A stretch of 64,000 nt of DNA from the human T2T-CHM13v2.0 reference genome, Homo sapiens, in the NCBI RefSeq assembly GCF_009914755.1, contig NC_060932.1. One strand, written 5' to 3'. The notes beneath the pieces are model-generated. The model saw nothing but the letters and a program-made list of their open reading frames with translations, was not told the origin of the DNA and did not search any database. Positions 44,294-56,509 of the stretch are shown one piece after another; within the stretch, counting starts at the first letter, position 1, and every line of letters begins with the position of its first letter. The translations under genes were made by a program, and so were the position numbers.

Positions 44294-45866
44294 TTTCAAT
44301 AGATATAATAGAAACCAAAAAAACAGTATTTAGGTTTTGTAACCTAAATTCTTAGGAAGATAGATGAGTAAAAATATACTAATAATTACCTAAATAAGAA
44401 CCCCCAAAACACACCTGCCCGATTTTAAATTACTTGAGCTATAGAAGAGGAACTTTAATTGGATTGCATTAAGAAGTCAGTTTTATTTGAATTTACTTTT
44501 TGCACAGATGTGTTGTTGAAGCTGTCATATTCAACATCTATTCAGCTCCTCTCTCTGACACAATGTATTTGCTTCCATCTGTGTGTTGCAACGGTGACAT
44601 CTAGTGACTATTTTACTGAAGTGCATTCTTGGAGAAAAAAATGCACATCATAAAAATATTACTATTTCGGTCCCTATTATTTCCAGAAGTCACCTCTGGT
44701 ATGAACCTTCCTAACAGTATGAAAAGAGTTAAGAAAAGATCTGTGCTATTCAAATCATTCAAATTGCATTTTATTTATGATTAGTACTTATATGAAGCTA
44801 GAGAATTTCAAAACATAAATTCAACCTGGAAACAAAGCCATATCTGGTAGGCAGTTACTAAAGTCACCATTTAAGTTGAAATTAGACTTCCTAATAACTC
44901 ACTTTTATACTACTGTTTATCCACTGAAGCCAAGGAAAATGACCAATTATTTCTTTTCTGTTTTATCTTTCAGCCTACAGTTTCTACTATATGTATATGT
45001 GGTTCTGAACTTTAGATTCCACACAGTAGCATTCTACTTTTCTTTAAGATGAAGAAACAAGAACATTTAGTGGGGCACTTTAGGCAATGAAGAATTAACG
45101 CAGTTTTCTGGGAGTTATCTATAGATAATCCCAAAACACAGCTGACACGCTGCTCCATTGTTTCATTCACTGTGCAGATTTTAAGCAGGCAGGTGTAAAC
45201 ATTCACTTCAGGAACAAATTTCACTGCACAGTGTTGCTTACAATGTGAAGAACTAAAGTTCCAGCCTCCAGGAAGCAAGCTTATATGTTGGCCCAACTGC
45301 AAAATGGGAGGAGGAGGGCGATGTTGTAGAAGGCTGTACCACTGTCCTATCTCATTTCTAAAGCATTCGTGTAAAAGTGGCACTAAATCAGATAAGTGTG
45401 GTCCCAGGCAGGAGTGTCTCATTTCAGTCATATGCACATGTAACATAATCATCACTAGTGGCATCTTACCAACATTAATTAAATCAAGATCTTACAGATC
45501 TTATGATACTACGCCATTTGGTGGGGGAGAAAGGGGAGTAAAGAGGGAAGACTACAGAAAAAATCATGGATGTCTGGGGTTAATATATATAACCCAAGGT
45601 CAGCTGTCTCTATGTTCTCTAATGTTGTGAAATCACCTTTTTTTTGTTTGTTTAAAAATTGGCCCAAGCACCTATGCCATACAGGTGAGGAAATGTGCTA
45701 TCGGGGCCCTTTCCCCTACCTCTACCTCCAGATGACCCTTGTAGGATTTAAATTTATCTTATTCATCTCTTGCTATCATATCCTGCCTCTGCTGAGTTCT
45801 CTCTTGGTCTCTGTATCTACAGCTGTTCTTCACTCTCATTCCAGCTAAACTAAAAAGAGGCTGCTT

Positions 45867-46173
<307 letters not shown>

Positions 46174-46919
46174 TTAAAAGCAGGAGCCCCTTCTAAGCTC
46201 CCCACTTCATATCCAGTGCCTACAACAGCAGTTGCTGGATAGTAGTCACATCGTCTCATTTTCTCATTCAAAGCAATTCTGTCATTCTTTTATCTATTCT
46301 CCCTTCCAGACCAAGTCCTGAGCTCCATCTTTTCACACCAAGTAGCTCCTTAAAGTGATTTATTGAAATAAAGGATGACTCTTCCTATAAGAAATTCTGT
46401 CCCCAGAATACTCTCACTTCTTATATATTTAAGAAACACCTAGAGTATATTTCAAAACATTTTGTATACAGTAAATATATATACTTTTTATTTGTCAAAT
46501 AAAAAAAACAAACCTAGATATAGTAAGCTAGCCCACCAGAAATGAAATTTTACCTCTTCAACAACAGAACCTGAGACATGGTCTGTACAGTAAGAAAAAG
46601 AGTTACCCTGGAGCAGATCTTGAAAATTCAATTTTAGAAAACAACCCATCTCACCAATCTCTGCATGGTAATCAGAGATCTCAGCATTGTCCAAGCAGAA
46701 AGCATGTGGGAGAGAAACAGCACCAGTATAAATGACACTTCACTCATTCGTCAATGATGTGAGCAACTCTTTTGCTAAATAACAGAATATTTTCTGACAC
46801 TAAGAGAATATTTTCTCAATTTTGTGTGCTATCCTTACTGCAAAGATTATACATACAATGCACTTTTCAGTTTATTCTGAATTATTAACATTTCCTCCAT
46901 GACTTTTTTAAGCCTAGAC

Positions 46920-47102
46920 CAGGACTCAGCGAATGATACCAGCAGGTGAAATCCACCCTGCCACCTATTTTTATAAGTTTTACTGGAACACAGCCATGCT
47001 GCTTGTTTAAGCATTGTCGATGGCTGCTCGAGTGCCACAACAGAGTCAGGCAGTTTGACAGACACAGCATGGTCCTAGAAGCCCAAAATTGTTACTGCCT
47101 GG
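46920..47102 (+). mobile_element. MER58-type hAT MITE
   Basis: gttttactggaacacagccatgc...gatggctgc...gtttgacagacacagcatgg. Confidence 0.72.
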
Positions 47103-48041
47103 CTTGCTACTGTCTAGCTTGCCAACACATTCTTTACTCTCTCTTTCTGGTACTCTATCTCCCTCACCTCAGAGATCAACATGCCCTTCTGGTGAGTCAA
47201 AGCCCCTGCTGCTTTCCCACCTATCATAACTCCCTCCATTACTTCCCTGACCTCCTTTTCTTCCATAAAATATTCATTTATGTGTATTTTAATTAAAAGG
47301 TGACAAAGGGGATTATATAATTATTTTATGGTAAGTTTTGACTATTAGATTCAATCCTCCTACTTTTAAAAGAGGAGCTTATAACTTATTAAAGAAAAAC
47401 AAATCTTGCTAGAATGACATCTGCAGAACATTAGTATGTTTGCAGCTTTACCAGCCATGTTCCTATCTTCTTGGCTTCTATCACAGACTTTCTAGGGAAG
47501 AATAATGGAATGGACAGAGAGCCAGAGCCATCCACACCTCTGGGGCTCCATTTAGAAAGTGAGTGACTTTCTATCAATTCTCTATGAGAAGGATAAGAGA
47601 TTGGTTCTGACTTTAACCACCATTAATTAAATTTTGCTTATTTATCTTCATTCCTACTTTTCTGAGGTTTTAGCCTAGCTCCAGGTTTATTCCTATCATT
47701 TCTGGGTAAAAATAATATAGGAATATTCAGATATTGTACTTTTTATATTTAATACTTTTTGCAAAGTGAAGTTAGCAAACCTTTGATGAATGTGGTTTTC
47801 TCTCAAGGTTCCATAACGTAATAGTTCCATTTAAAGGTTTAAGTTATTTGTGTGCTTTTATTTACCCATAATTGTTGACTTTTTTTAAATAACCTTGTTT
47901 ATTGTAGAAAATGTTTAAAAATACAGATAACAAAATGTAAACTCCCCCCCAACATAATCACCACGAAAATATGGGTATACCTATAATATTTTCTCCGCAC
48001 AGACACATGCACAAAATTGTGTATATGAGTATATACATATA

Positions 48042-50371
48042 AAGGCATAATGTGTTTCATTTTACTTTACTTTATTACACTTCGCAGATATTGTGCTTTT
48101 CTAAAATTCAAGGTTTGTAGCAACTCTGCATCAAGCAAGTCTCTTGGTGCCATTTTCCAACAGCATATGCTCACTTTGTGTCACATTTTAGTAATTCAAT
48201 ATTTCAAACATTCTCATTATTATCATATCTGTCATGGTGATCTGTCATAAGTAACCTTTGATACTACTATTGTAATTGTTTTGGGGCATCATGAACCATT
48301 CCCACATAAGACAGCAAACTTAATAAATGTTGTGTGTGTTCTTATCCCATGGACCAACCAGTCATTCCCCCATCTCTTCCCCTATCCTTGGGCCTCCCTA
48401 TTCTCTGAAACACAACAATATCGAAATTAGGCCAATTAATAACCGTACAATGGCGTATCCATGTTCAACTGAAAGGAAGAATTACATTTCTCTCACTTTA
48501 AATCAAAAGCTAGAAATGGCTAAGTTTTGTGAAGAAGGCATGTCAAAAACCAAGACAGGCTGAAAGCTGTACTACTCCAGTGAACACATGAATGATAAAA
48601 AAGCAAAACAACCTTATTGCTGATATGCAGAAAGTTTGAGAAGTCTAGATAGAAGATTAAATTAGCCACATTCCCTTAAGCCAAAGCCTGATCCAGATCA
48701 ACGTCCTCCCTTTCTTTCTCTATGAAAGCTGAGAGAGGTGAGGAAGTTGCAGAAGAAAAGTTGGAAGCTAGCAGAGGTTAGTTCATGAGGCTTAAGGAAA
48801 GAAGCCATCTCGTAACATAAAAGTATAAGGAGAAGCAGCAACTGCTGATGTAGAAGCTGCAGCAAATTATTTAGAAGATCTAGCTGAGATCACTGATGAA
48901 GGTAGCTACATTAAACAACACATTTTCAGTGTAGATGAAATAGCCTTATTTTGGAAGAAGATGTTGTTTGGGACTTTCATAGCTGGAGAGAAGTCAATGT
49001 CTGACTTCAAACCTTCAAAGTATAGGCTGGCTACCTTGATAGGAACTAATGCATCTGGTGACTTTAAGTTGGAATCAATGCTCACTGACCATTCCAAAAA
49101 TTCTAAGGACCCTTAAGCATTATGCTAAATCTACTGTCTGTGTGCTAGAAATGTCAAAACAAAGCCTAGATGACAGCACATTTGTTGACAGCATGGTTTA
49201 CTGAATATTTTAAGCCCACTGTTGAGATCTCCTGCTCAGAAAAAAAAATGAAAGATTTGTTTTAAAATATTACTGCTCTCTGGCAATGTACCTGGTCACA
49301 AGAGCTCTAACGGAGCTGTACAATACATTAATGTTGTTTTCATGCCTGCTAACACAATATCCATTCTGCAATCCATGGATCAAGGAGTTATTTTTACTTT
49401 CAAATCTTATTATTTAAAAAATACATGTTGTAAGACTATAGCTGTCATAAATAATGATTATTCTGATGGATCTGGACATAGTAAATTGAAAGTAATCTTC
49501 TGGAAGGGATTCGCCACTCTAGATGCCATTAAGAACATTTGTGATTCATGGGAGGAGGTCAAAATATTAACACCAAAATTAAAAGGAGTTTGGAAGGAGT
49601 TGATTCCAACCCTTATGGATGACTTTGAGGGGTTCAAAACTTCAGTGGAGGAAGTAACTTCAGTAGTGGTAGAAATAGCCAGAGAACTAGAATTAGAAGT
49701 GGGGTCTGAAGATGTGGCTGAATTGCTGCAATCTCATGATAAAACTTGAACGGATGAGTTGCTTTTTACAGATGAGCAAAGAAAATGATTTCTTGAATAG
49801 AATATACTCCTGGTGAAGATGCCATGAGCATTGTGAAAATGACAAGAAAGGATTTAGAATAGTACATAAACTCATTGATAAAGCAGTAGCAGGGTTTAAG
49901 AGGATTGACTCCAATTTTAAAAGAAGTTCTACTGTGAGTAAAATGCTATCACACAGCATTGTGTGCTACACAGAAATCTTTTGTGAAAGGAAGAGTCAAT
50001 CAATACAGCAAACTTTATTGTTATTTTATTTTAAGAGATGCCAAAGCCACCCCACCTTTCAGCAGCCACCAACTTGATCAATCAGCAGCTATCCGCACTG
50101 AGGTAAGACTCTTCATCAGCAAAAAGACTGTAACTCATTCAAGGCTCTAATAATCATTAGCATCTTTTAGCAATAAAATATTTTAATTCAGATTTGTACA
50201 TTTTATTTTTAGACATAATGCTATTGCACATTTAATAGACAATAGTATAGTATAAGCATAATTTTTATATGCACTGGAAAACTAAAATATTTATGTAACT
50301 TGTTTTATTGCAATATTGGCTTTGTCACAGTGGTCTGGAATCAAACTCGCAATATCTAGAAGGTATGCCTG
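48042..50371 (+). mobile_element. Tigger1 DNA transposon, near full length, dead
   Basis: TIR-like aggcata... and ...aggtatgcctg; transposase fragments (49342-49749 MPANTISILQSMDQGVI..., DDE region). Confidence 0.93.
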
Positions 50372-50373
50372 TT

Positions 50374-50419
50374 TGTGTGTATGTGTGTGTGAGTGTGTGT
50401 GTGTGTGACTGTGTGTGTA
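50374..50419. repeat. (TG)n microsatellite, imperfect
   Basis: Direct observation. Confidence 0.9.
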
Positions 50420-50646
50420 GTTATAATGTGTTTATTATTTTAGACACAACTACTTTCACTTAATCATATATAGTGAAGGTCTTTCAATGTCATTAAATGT
50501 TCTTCCACAATATCATTCTTATTTGCTATTTAGTGTTTGCTTATATAGCTAGACCACAATGAATTTAACAAATAGCTTTATATATGATATTTCAGGTTTA
50601 AAACTATTTATTATTCACAACACTGCAATAAGTACCCTAGGCACCT

Positions 50647-51015
50647 TCTATGGTCTGAATGTTTGTGTCCCTCCCAAATCTACATGTTGAAATCCTAACC
50701 CCAAGGCAATGGTATGAGGAGGTGAGGTCTTTGGGAAAGTGATTAGTTAACAACCACAGAGCCCTCAAGAATAGGATAGGGCCCTTATAAAAGAGACCCC
50801 AGAGAGATCCTCGCCTGTTCAACCATGTGAGGCGACAGAAAGAGGATGGCTGACTATGAACCAGAAAGTAGGCCCTCACCAGACACAGAGTCTGTTGGCA
50901 CGCTGACCTTGCACCTTCCAAACCTTCAAAATTGTGAGAAATAAATTTCTATTGTTTATAGCCACCCAGTTTACGGTCTTTTGTTTATAAGCCACCAAGT
51001 TTATGGTATTTATGG
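50647..51015 (+). mobile_element. MLT1A/MSTD-type solo LTR
   Basis: ctatggtctgaatgtttgtgtccc...aaatcctaacc...gccacccagtttacgg. Confidence 0.82.
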
Positions 51016-52484
51016 AACCAGCTGGATCAACACCCATCCAGTTACTATTTTTTTTTTTTAGGTAAGTACTTTCTGAATCAACAACTAGGTATGCCTTTCA
51101 CAGCTGTGAACTCTGAAGTGGGATTATGGGTGACTTAAATTTCCTTTTTATTATTTATCAATTTTTCCAATTTTTCTACAACGAGTCAAATAGAGGTACT
51201 CAGAATATTTCAAAGCCATTCTCTCTTCTCTCTCTCTCTCTCGATTAACAGTTAAATAGACGCATAATACCAAATTATGTATTTATGGATCTACACCATT
51301 TTGTTCGTTATAAAACTATAGAACTTAATTTTGAGCTGTAAAGTACCCTTTCATGATATTTAGCCATTTAAAACAAACAGCCTATGCTTAATGTATGCTT
51401 TAAATTATTAGAATAATATAACAGAATCTGTTGTTTTTAACAGGTACGGTAGCATCTTTCCCTAAAACACAAATAAGGCAATTTTCCCTTCTACTGATAA
51501 ATACAATTTTATGAACAGACTCTCAAGTGTTTCATGTCTTATTTCATTACCAGCAGTAACAACCTACTTCTGCCATCTTCCTAATGACAATTTTCATTAT
51601 AGAGATAAGAAAAGGCATTACATTTAGAAACTCGGCATCTCAGGTGTAACTCCTTGGTGAATATTTCCATCAGTTCCTCTCGTTTTCCTGTTCAACATTA
51701 ATCAACTCTCTCCCTATAAATATGCTACGTTTCATTTAGAGATAATGTTTTAAGTTAATCAACTACCTACATCATGTTTAGCTTTCAGGAACCACTTTGG
51801 TATATATTAGGGAGCACAAATATTAAAGCTGTAAATGTATTTCTTAATGAATTTACAGTTACATTTCATTAAATTTAGAGCCCTTTGATACAAAATAAGG
51901 GCAGCAATAGAAAAGTCCCTACATTCTATTCATCCTGTGAAAGTAATTGCACTCAGAAAGAGGTTTCCTGGCACAATTTAAACAGGATGGTAAGGAAGAC
52001 TTAATTGGTCTTGGAGTATATCGCTACAGTTCCACAAGCTATACAAGATGGTTCCAATTTGATAGTTTTCAGTAAATATCCAGCTCTGTCCTTCCATAGA
52101 CAATTCAAAGCAGCATGGTTGATTTTCCTACTTAGTGGTATTTTCTGGTCTCAGAGGGACGCATCTCACCACTTTTATTTTTCAGATCAGTGTGGTATAG
52201 ATGTCACGCAATGGACATTAGAATGATTCTTCAAGGAGTTCCTATGGTAGTGAACTGAAATTCATAAGAATGGGATGGTGAAGGATCAGTGTGCTCTATG
52301 ATTGTTTATTCAAAAAATATTTACCAATCATCACTTTCAGGCACCAAGCTATATGCTAAGAAATGTACTCCCTGATACTTCCAGATTGTAACTCCTATAT
52401 TACTTCATTTGCTCCAATATTACTATTGTCTTTTAAATATCCACTTGGATCATCTTTTGAATAATCTGACTTATCAATACTTCA

Positions 52485-52868
52485 ATTTTATTTCCCAAAG
52501 TGAATCCCAAGATAAGTACTTGAATGCAGTCAGTTTAAGAGACAATTCCAAGAAGTAACAGTGAGGGAGTAAGAAGAGTGAGATTGAGGTGTATGCTATG
52601 GCATTAGTTACCAGAATACACTGTAGCAGCTCAATCCTTCTGAGTACCTTCTGGAGAATCATGTTGAACTGAACTACCCTTCCAAAGAAGAGCAACTGAG
52701 GCATTTATCCAACTCCGTTTCCCAGTTGGTATGGATTTGTCGCCAGAAATATAAACCCCGACATACTTCAAAATTGCCTTCCCTGGACTGAGGGAGACCT
52801 TAAGGCTTCAGAGAAAGATCTGAGGCAGAAAAGCAAGAAGATAGCATGTACTGAAAGTGGGACAGTGT
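52485..52868 (-). mobile_element. Old ERVL LTR (LTR33-like)
   Basis: acttgaatgcag...ttccaagaagtaacagtgagggagt...gtgaga resembles LTR33 reverse strand. Confidence 0.45.
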
Positions 52869-52870
52869 CA

Positions 52871-55800
52871 TCAATTTTCTGAATTTGCATGTCGACCTCT
52901 CTAGTGAAGCTGGGGAAATTTTTGTGGACAATATCCTCAAATATATTTTTCAAGTTGCTAGCTCTCTCTCTCCCTCTCTTTCAGGTATGCCAATGAGTCA
53001 TAGGTTGGGACTCTTTACATAATTCCTGTTTCTCAGAGGTTTTGTTCATTCTCTTTTACTCTTTTTTCTTTATTTTTGTCTGCCTGAGTTGATTCAAGCT
53101 CAGATTCTTTCCTCAGTTTGGTCTATTTTGCTGTTATTACTTCTGATTGTATTATGAAATTCTTTCAATGAGTTTTTCAGCTTTATCAGATCAGTTTGGT
53201 TCTTTCTAAAAATGACTATTTCATATTTCATCTCTTGCATCATTTTACTGGATTCCTTAGATTCCTTGAATTGGGCTTCAGTTTTTTCCTGAATCCTTAT
53301 TATCTTTGTTGCCTTCAAGATTCTAAATTCTGCTCTCCCTCTCCCTCTCCCTCTCCCTCCCTCTCCCTCTCCCTCTCCCTCCCTCTCCCTCTCCCTCTCC
53401 CCACGGTCTCCCTCTCCCTCTCTCCACGGTCTCCCTCTGATGCTGAGCTGAAGCTGGACGGTACTGCTGCCTGATTCTCCTGCCTCAGCCTGCCGACTGC
53501 CTGCGATTGCAGGCGCGCGCCGCCACGCCTGACTGGTTTTCGTATTTTTTTGGTGGAGACGGGGTTTCGCTGTGTTGGCTGGGCTGGTCTCCAGGTCCTA
53601 ACCGCGAGTGATCCGCCAGCCTCGGCATCCTGAGGTGCCGGGATTGCAGACGGAGTCTCGTTCACTCCGTGCTCAATGGTGCCCAGGCTGGAGTGCAGTG
53701 GCGTGATCTCGGCTCGCTACAACCTTCACCTCCCAGCAGCCTGCCTTGGCCTCCCAAAGTGCCGAGATTGCAGCCTCTGCCCGGCCGCCACCCCGTCTGA
53801 GAAGTGAGGAGCGTCTCTGCCTGGCCGCCATCCCATCTAGGAAGTGAGGAGCGCCTCTTCCCGGCCGCTATCCCATCTGGGAAGTGAGGAGCGTCTCTGC
53901 CCAGCCGCCCATCATCTGAGATGTGGGGAGCACCTCTGCCCTGCCGCCCCGTCCGGGATGTGAGGAGCGTCTCTGCCCGGCCGCCCCGTCTGAGAAGTGA
54001 GGAGACCCTCCGCCCGGCAACTGCCCCGTCTGAGAAGTGAGGAGCCCATCCGCCCAGCAGCCGCCCCGTCTGGGAAGTGAGGAGCGTCTCCGCCCGGCAG
54101 CCACCTCGTCCGGCAGGGAGGTGGGGGGGTCAGCCCCCCGCCCGGCCAGCCGCCCCGTCCGGGAGGTGAGGGGCGCCTCTGCCCGGCCGCCCCTACTGGG
54201 AAGTGAGGAGCACCTCTGCCCGGCCAGCCGCCCCGTCAGGGAGGGAGGTGGGGGGTCAGCCCCCCGCCCGGCCAGCCGCCCCGTCCGGGAGGTGAGGGGT
54301 GCCTCTGCCCTGCTGCCCCTACTGGGAAGTGAGGAGCCCCTCTGCCCGGCCAGCCGCCCCGTCCGGGAGGGAGGTGGGGGGTCAGCCCCCCGCCCGGCCA
54401 GCCGCCCCGTCCGGGAGGGAGGTGGGGGGGTCAGCCCCTCGCCCGGCCAGCCACCCCATCTGGGAAGTGAGGGGCGCCTCTGCCCGGCCGCCCCTACTGC
54501 GAAGTGAGGAGTTCCTCTGCCCGGCCAGCCGCCCCGTCCGGGAGGGAGGTGGGGGGGTCAGCCCCCCGCCCGGCCAGCCGCCCCGTCCGGGAGGTGAGGG
54601 GCGCCTCTGCCCAGCCGCCCCTACTGGGAAGTGAGGAGCCCCTCTGCCCGGCCAGCCGCCCCGTCCGGGAGGGAGGTGGGGGGGGTCAGCCCCCCGCCCA
54701 GCCAGCTGCCCCGTCCGGGAGGTGAGGGGCGCCTCTGCCCAGCCGCCCCTACTGGGAAGTGAGGAGCCCCTCTGCCCGGCCACCACCCCATCTGGGAGGC
54801 GTACCCAACAGCTCATTGAGAACAGGCCATGATGACAATGGCGGTTTTGTGGAATAGAAAGGGGGGGAAGGGTGGGGAAAAGATTGAGAAATCGGATGGT
54901 TGCTGTGTCTGTGTAGAAAGAAGTAGACGTGGGAGACTTTTCATTTTGTTCTGTACTAAGAAAAATTCTTCTGCCTTGGGATCCTGTTGATCTGTGACCT
55001 TACCCCCAACCCTGTGCTATCTGAAACATGTGCTGTATCCACTCAGGGTTGAATGGATTAAGGGCGGTGCAAGATGTGCTTTGTTAAACAGATGCTTGAA
55101 GGCAGCATGCTCCTTAAGAGTCATCACCACTCCCTAATCTCAAGTACCCAGGGACACAAACACTGCGGAAGGCCGCAGGGTCCTCTGCCTAGGAAAACCA
55201 GAGACCTTTGTTCACTTGTTTATCTGCTGACCTTCCCTCCACTATTGTCCTGTGACCCTGCCAAATCCCCCTCTGCGAGAAACACCCAAGAATGATCAAT
55301 TAAAAAAAAAAAAAAAAAAAAAAAAAGATTCTAAATTCTAAGTCTGTCATTTAAGCCATTTCAGCCTGGTTAAGAACCATTGCTGGGGAGCCAGTGCAAT
55401 CATTTAGAGGTCAGAAGACACTCTGGCTTTTTGAGTTGCCAGAGTTCTTGTGCTGGTTCTCATCTGTGTGAGCTGATGTTCCTTTAATGCTGGAAGTTGC
55501 TATGCTTTGGATGCAGCTTTTTGCTTTTATATTCTTTCATGCCCTTGAGGGTTTGACTGTGGAATAAGTTGAGTTCCGTCAACTGGCTTCCTTTCTAGAT
55601 ACTTTTGGGGTGCCTGAGTTCAGCTCAGCACACTTGGGCTGTATGCTGTAACCCCAGGAGGCTGACACCAGACCCATATCTTTGATCTCCGGCCCCTTGA
55701 AAACACCTGCTGCACTGGCAGAGCTGAGATGTTCCCAATCTACTAGCAACAACACTTGAATGGGGATGCCAGCAGAAGCACTTCCATGGGGGCACATCTG

Positions 55801-56500
55801 CTGAAGCTCTTCAACGGTTAGGCATGGCCTTCTGGTAAAAGGAGTTATGATGGCAGCCACCAGGAGGAACCCCAGTTGGGTATCCAAGGCTATGCTGCAA
55901 GTGGATATAGCCAGGGAGGGACCTTGAAACGTAGGTCAGCAGATAGGGCTGCTCTGATCTGACTGACCCTGTCCCATGGGCAAGACAGTTCTTTTCTGTC
56001 CATGTCCTGCAGTCAACAAAGGCCAAAGTCACCTAGAGGAGCATGGTGAACTTTAGGGGATGGGCTTCCTTGGCCACGCTCCACTGCAACCATTCCCATG
56101 CCACACCCTCTGGGTTCAGCACAGGCTGGAGTCCTGTCTCTGCCACCTCTCCAAGTAGCTCTCCCTGCCATTTCAGATGTCCATGGGGGTCATGGGGTCT
56201 CCTGCAGCTAGGATTCCAGAGGTCTGGTAAGAGTGGGCCACTCCTTGCCTATTTAACTCACTCCCTCCCCAGCAGCCACTGGTGACAGTGGGGGGTAGAA
56301 ACAAGTCCGGTTCTTGTCAGCCCCAGGCAAAATTCCCAGGTTCCTCTTCCTTCGCCCCAAGGTTTGCATACTCCCTCCATCCACTCTCAATTCCTACCTT
56401 CCAAAGATTTGCTCAGAATATGCCGGTCTTCTTGATGGTCTGGTCTCTCAGTGGGAGATGCTCTTCCTGGCTGGGTCTAGTCAGCCATCTTAGCCCTGAT
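52871..56500 (-). mobile_element. L1PA15/16-like 5' portion (5'UTR and ORF1 start) interrupted by SVA
   Basis: 5' start ...ctagtcagccatctt at ~56490; ORF1-like peptides at 53100-53318 and 52768-52953. Confidence 0.8.
53332..55324 (+). mobile_element. SVA (D/E-like), full length
   Basis: (CCCTCT)n hexamers, antisense Alu-like domain, GC-rich VNTR ~53770-54800, SINE-R, poly-A; 15-bp TSD aagattctaaattct at 53317-53331 and 55325-55339. Confidence 0.97.
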
Positions 56501-56509
56501 TTTAACCAT

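Noticed and set aside
49342-49749. 135-aa transposase ORF as a domesticated gene
   Set aside because: Only a fragment; the rest of the Tigger1 transposase is interrupted by stops and frameshifts
53315-55295. Multiple Pro/Arg/Gly-rich ORFs
   Set aside because: Artefacts of the SVA hexamer, VNTR and SINE-R sequence
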